A stretch of 64,000 nucleotides of DNA from positions 235,802 through 299,801 of the forward strand of contig CAWDVQ010000011.1 of NCBI GenBank assembly GCA_963805965.1. The letters are read 5' to 3'. Numbering within the stretch: the first letter of the stretch is position 1; every line of letters begins with the position of its first letter. Below, one piece after another: positions 61,839-64,000 of the stretch. The DNA comes from an uncultured Gammaproteobacteria bacterium (GTDB lineage Bacteria; Pseudomonadota; Gammaproteobacteria; Steroidobacterales; Steroidobacteraceae). The notes beneath the pieces are model-generated. The model saw only the letters and a list, made by a program, of their open reading frames with translations, was not told the DNA's origin and did not search any database. Position numbers and translations under genes: made by a program.

Positions 61839-62179
61839 GGGGGTTGGACCTCCTGCCGCAATATACAAGTATGGTCAGGCCCACGGTGCGCGGCTGACCA
61901 ATTTGCGGCACCGATTTGTTTCGGCGCGACATTCCAGCGCCGCTGGCCCCGCAAATCGCCGCCAGCGTTGCGCCCCCGAGACAATGCACGCCGGATTGCA
62001 TTCCACTGCTTCCACGGTCCGTGTAGGACAAACACTGACAGAAAATTTTTCATGGTCCCACAGCATCATAGTCCGGGACTGGTGCAGCCAAGCGGCGCCA
62101 GTGGTTACAAGTAGCGTAGCGGTTCAATTTCCTTACCGTCGCGCGGCTATTTGCCCGCGCCTATTTGCTGGAGATTTGA

Positions 62180-63157
62180 ATGAACGACATGGCAAATTGG
62201 ATGGTTGGTGGCTCGGCGGCGATGCAGGCCATCCGCGATCTGGTGGACAAGGTAGCGCCCACCGACGCCACGGTTCTGATCTCCGGCGAGAGCGGCTCCG
62301 GCAAGGAGTTGGTCGCACAGGCGATCCACGCGCGCAGCGCGCGCGGTTCAGGACCCTTTCTCGGCATCAACTGCGGCGCTCTGCCGCCGACCCTGATCGA
62401 ATCGGAGCTGTTTGGTTTTGAGCGCGGCAGCTTCACCGGCGCCGGGCGCAGTCACGCCGGCATGGTGGAGCGCGCCTCCGGCGGAACGCTGTTCCTCGAC
62501 GAGGTCACTGAGATGAGCGCCGACATGCAGACGCGGCTGCTCCGGTTCCTGGAAACGCGATGCTTTTTCCGCGTCGGCGGCACGCAGGAGATCAGGACCG
62601 ACGTGCGCGTGGTCGCGGCGACCAATCGCTCGCCGGTACAGGCGGTGCGGGATGGCAGCCTGCGCGAGGACCTGCTGTATCGGCTGGCGGTGTTTCCGAT
62701 CGCGCTGGCACCGCTGCGCGAGCGCGGCGAGGATGTGGTGCTGCTGGCGGACCACTTCCTGAACGAGATCAATGCGCGCAACGACACTGCGAAAGTGTTC
62801 AGCAGCGGCGCCAGGCAGACATTGCGTGAATATCGCTGGCCGGGCAACGTGCGGGAGCTGAAGAATGCGGTCGAGCGCGCCTACATTCTGTGTGAGCACG
62901 AGCTGAAGCTGCAGCCGATGAATCTGCATGCGGTCGCCGGCGAGGCGGTCGTGGCAAACGAGGATACCGACGGCATCTGCGTGCCGATCGGATCATCGCT
63001 GGCGGAGGCGGAACAGTGGCTGATCGAGGCAACGCTGGCGCACTGGGCGGGCAATAAGAATCGCGCTGCCAAGACGCTGGGATGCAGCCTGAAAACGCTG
63101 TATAACAAACTGGCGATTTATGGACAACAACAGCAGGGCATGGAAACCCACGCCTGA
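62180..63157 (+). CDS. sigma54-dependent transcriptional activator lacking any N-terminal sensor/receiver domain (PspF-like architecture)
   Basis: The AAA+ domain starts at about residue 8 (GGSAAMQAIRDLV...VLISGESGSGKE). GAFTGA-type loop ERGSFTGA, RVVAATN, YRLAVFPI, and a C-terminal Fis-type HTH (NKNRAAKTLGCSLKTLYNKL). 325 aa. Confidence 0.88.
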   Translation: MNDMANWMVGGSAAMQAIRDLVDKVAPTDATVLISGESGSGKELVAQAIHARSARGSGPFLGINCGALPPTLIESELFGFERGSFTGAGRSHAGMVERASGGTLFLDEVTEMSADMQTRLLRFLETRCFFRVGGTQEIRTDVRVVAATNRSPVQAVRDGSLREDLLYRLAVFPIALAPLRERGEDVVLLADHFLNEINARNDTAKVFSSGARQTLREYRWPGNVRELKNAVERAYILCEHELKLQPMNLHAVAGEAVVANEDTDGICVPIGSSLAEAEQWLIEATLAHWAGNKNRAAKTLGCSLKTLYNKLAIYGQQQQGMETHA

Positions 63158-63190
63158 AATGCGTGAGCTTGCATGGGGATGGTTAACTCA

Positions 63191-63823
63191 ATGACAAAAG
63201 TATTGCTGGCCGATGACCACGCGATGGTACGAGCCGGGCTGCGCCAATTCCTGGTGGAAGATCGCTCCATCACCGAAATCGGCGAGGCCGCATCGGGTAA
63301 CGAGACGCTGGATAAGCTGCGTGCCGGAAGCTGGGATCTGGTGATTCTGGATATCAACATGCCTGACCGCAGCGGACTGGACATCCTGCGCTATATACGC
63401 GCGAGCTATCCGGACACCAAGGTGCTGGTGCTGAGCGGCTTTCCCGAGCGTCAATATGCCATCAACGTGCTGAAGGCCGGCGCCGGCGGATACCTGCCCA
63501 AGGAATGCGCCCCGGAAGAACTGTTGAAGGCGACCCGTACCGTGATGCAGGGGCGGCGCTACGTCAGCGCCAACCTGGCGGAGCTGCTGTTGTCGGATCT
63601 GGATGGTGACAGCGATCAACCGCTGCATCGCCGACTGTCAGAGCGCGAGTTCCAGATATTCTGCAAACTCGCCACCGGTCGGGCGGTGTCTTCGATCGCC
63701 GATGAGCTGTGCCTGTCGGTCAAGACCGTGAGTACCTACCGCACCCGCATCCTGGAAAAGATGAGTCTGACCACCAACGCCGACATCACCACCTACGCGT
63801 TGCGCAACGGAATCATCCAATAG
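63191..63823 (+). CDS. NarL/FixJ-family response regulator (REC + LuxR HTH)
   Basis: KVLLADDHAMVRAGL...DLVILDINMPD receiver domain. LSEREFQIFCKLATGRAVSSIADELCLSVKTVSTYRTRILEKM LuxR-type HTH. Confidence 0.9.
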   Translation: MTKVLLADDHAMVRAGLRQFLVEDRSITEIGEAASGNETLDKLRAGSWDLVILDINMPDRSGLDILRYIRASYPDTKVLVLSGFPERQYAINVLKAGAGGYLPKECAPEELLKATRTVMQGRRYVSANLAELLLSDLDGDSDQPLHRRLSEREFQIFCKLATGRAVSSIADELCLSVKTVSTYRTRILEKMSLTTNADITTYALRNGIIQ

Positions 63824-63945
63824 GAAGGCTGCTGTAGGCCAACGCTGATGGCGCCGGCCGGGCTGCGCGATTCTAATTTGGCGCGTGTACCCTACTAATA
63901 GACTGGCCCATGGATGCACACGCATCGTTTCTTGAGGCTGCTCAT

Positions 63946-64000
63946 ATGAGCTCGCGCAACCTGTCGGTGCTGCTGGTCGAGGATTCGCGGGTGCTGGCCG
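63946..64000 (+). CDS. response regulator, 3'-truncated at window edge
   Basis: MSSRNLSVLLVEDSRVLA is a typical receiver-domain start. Only 18 codons are visible. Confidence 0.5.
   Translation, partial: MSSRNLSVLLVEDSRVLA

Noticed and set aside
61951-61965. Sigma54 -24/-12 promoter candidates. Minus-strand CTGGCGGCGATTTGC upstream of mttB-3; also TGGCTGCCGGCGGGC at 53979-53993 and TGGCCACGCCAGCGC at 38631-38645.
   Set aside because: The first has GG-N9-GC spacing, one nt short. The second has a poor -12 element (GGGC). The third is too close to the soxB start codon. None is convincing by eye, and a PWM scan is needed.
61839-62179. Cobalamin riboswitch in the long 5' region of mttB-3 (and in 53931-54121 upstream of the corrinoid operon).
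   Set aside because: I could not find the conserved B12-box or GCCACTG-type core in the right context on either strand. Only a simple hairpin (ggtcag...ctgacc, about 61874-61899) is present. A covariance-model search would be decisive.

Overview
Very GC-rich, proteobacterial-style chromosomal segment. All calls come from reading the supplied translations and the nucleotide sequence; no database search was run. There are four blocks.
(1) 1-6.5 kb, core genes: proB (5'-truncated) and proA, a strong bidirectional hairpin, and a complete minus-strand molybdenum-cofactor operon: moeA, moaA, moaC, a mobA-moaD fusion ORF, moaE.
(2) 6.5-12.6 kb: a ~6 kb integrative island in the 3' end of tRNA-Arg(UCG), bounded by a 51-nt direct repeat. 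It carries a tyrosine integrase, an excisionase-like HTH gene, a MobC/RHH gene with an oriT-like palindrome plus nic motif but no relaxase, AT-richer orphan ORFs, and stacked toxin-antitoxin genes (BrnT/BrnA plus XRE; ParD plus a truncated ParE).
(3) 12.6-21.6 kb, mixed accessory genes: TMEM175-like channel, Tat-type Acg-like nitroreductase, a secreted protein that aligns without gaps to the human pVHL beta domain, VOC, GNAT, two secreted unknowns, a Mo-oxidoreductase/cytochrome b pair, an SRAP peptidase and an MFS transporter.
(4) 21.6-63.2 kb: a ~41 kb methylated-amine catabolic supercluster, which I consider the most likely novel system. It holds three uninterrupted (non-pyrrolysine) MttB-family methyltransferase paralogs. 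It has only one corrinoid hub: a tightly coupled 7-gene operon of corrinoid protein, DUF1638, a small virulence-factor-like protein, a MetV-like Cys-rich subunit, MetF, a methyl-THF:corrinoid methyltransferase and a RACE-type reductive activator. This is interleaved with soxBDAG, two DMGDH-like flavoproteins, ADH/ALDH/GMC oxidoreductases, an OpuC-type and a Pot-type ABC importer, an MFS transporter, an enolase-superfamily enzyme, a LysR regulator and a sensor-less sigma54 activator.
One unusual detail: mttB-1 and the downstream DMGDH gene are in the same frame, separated by a single TGA and a stop-free 111-nt spacer holding five perfect 12-nt tandem repeats that would encode (DAHH)5.
The window ends with a NarL-type response regulator and the start of another response regulator.
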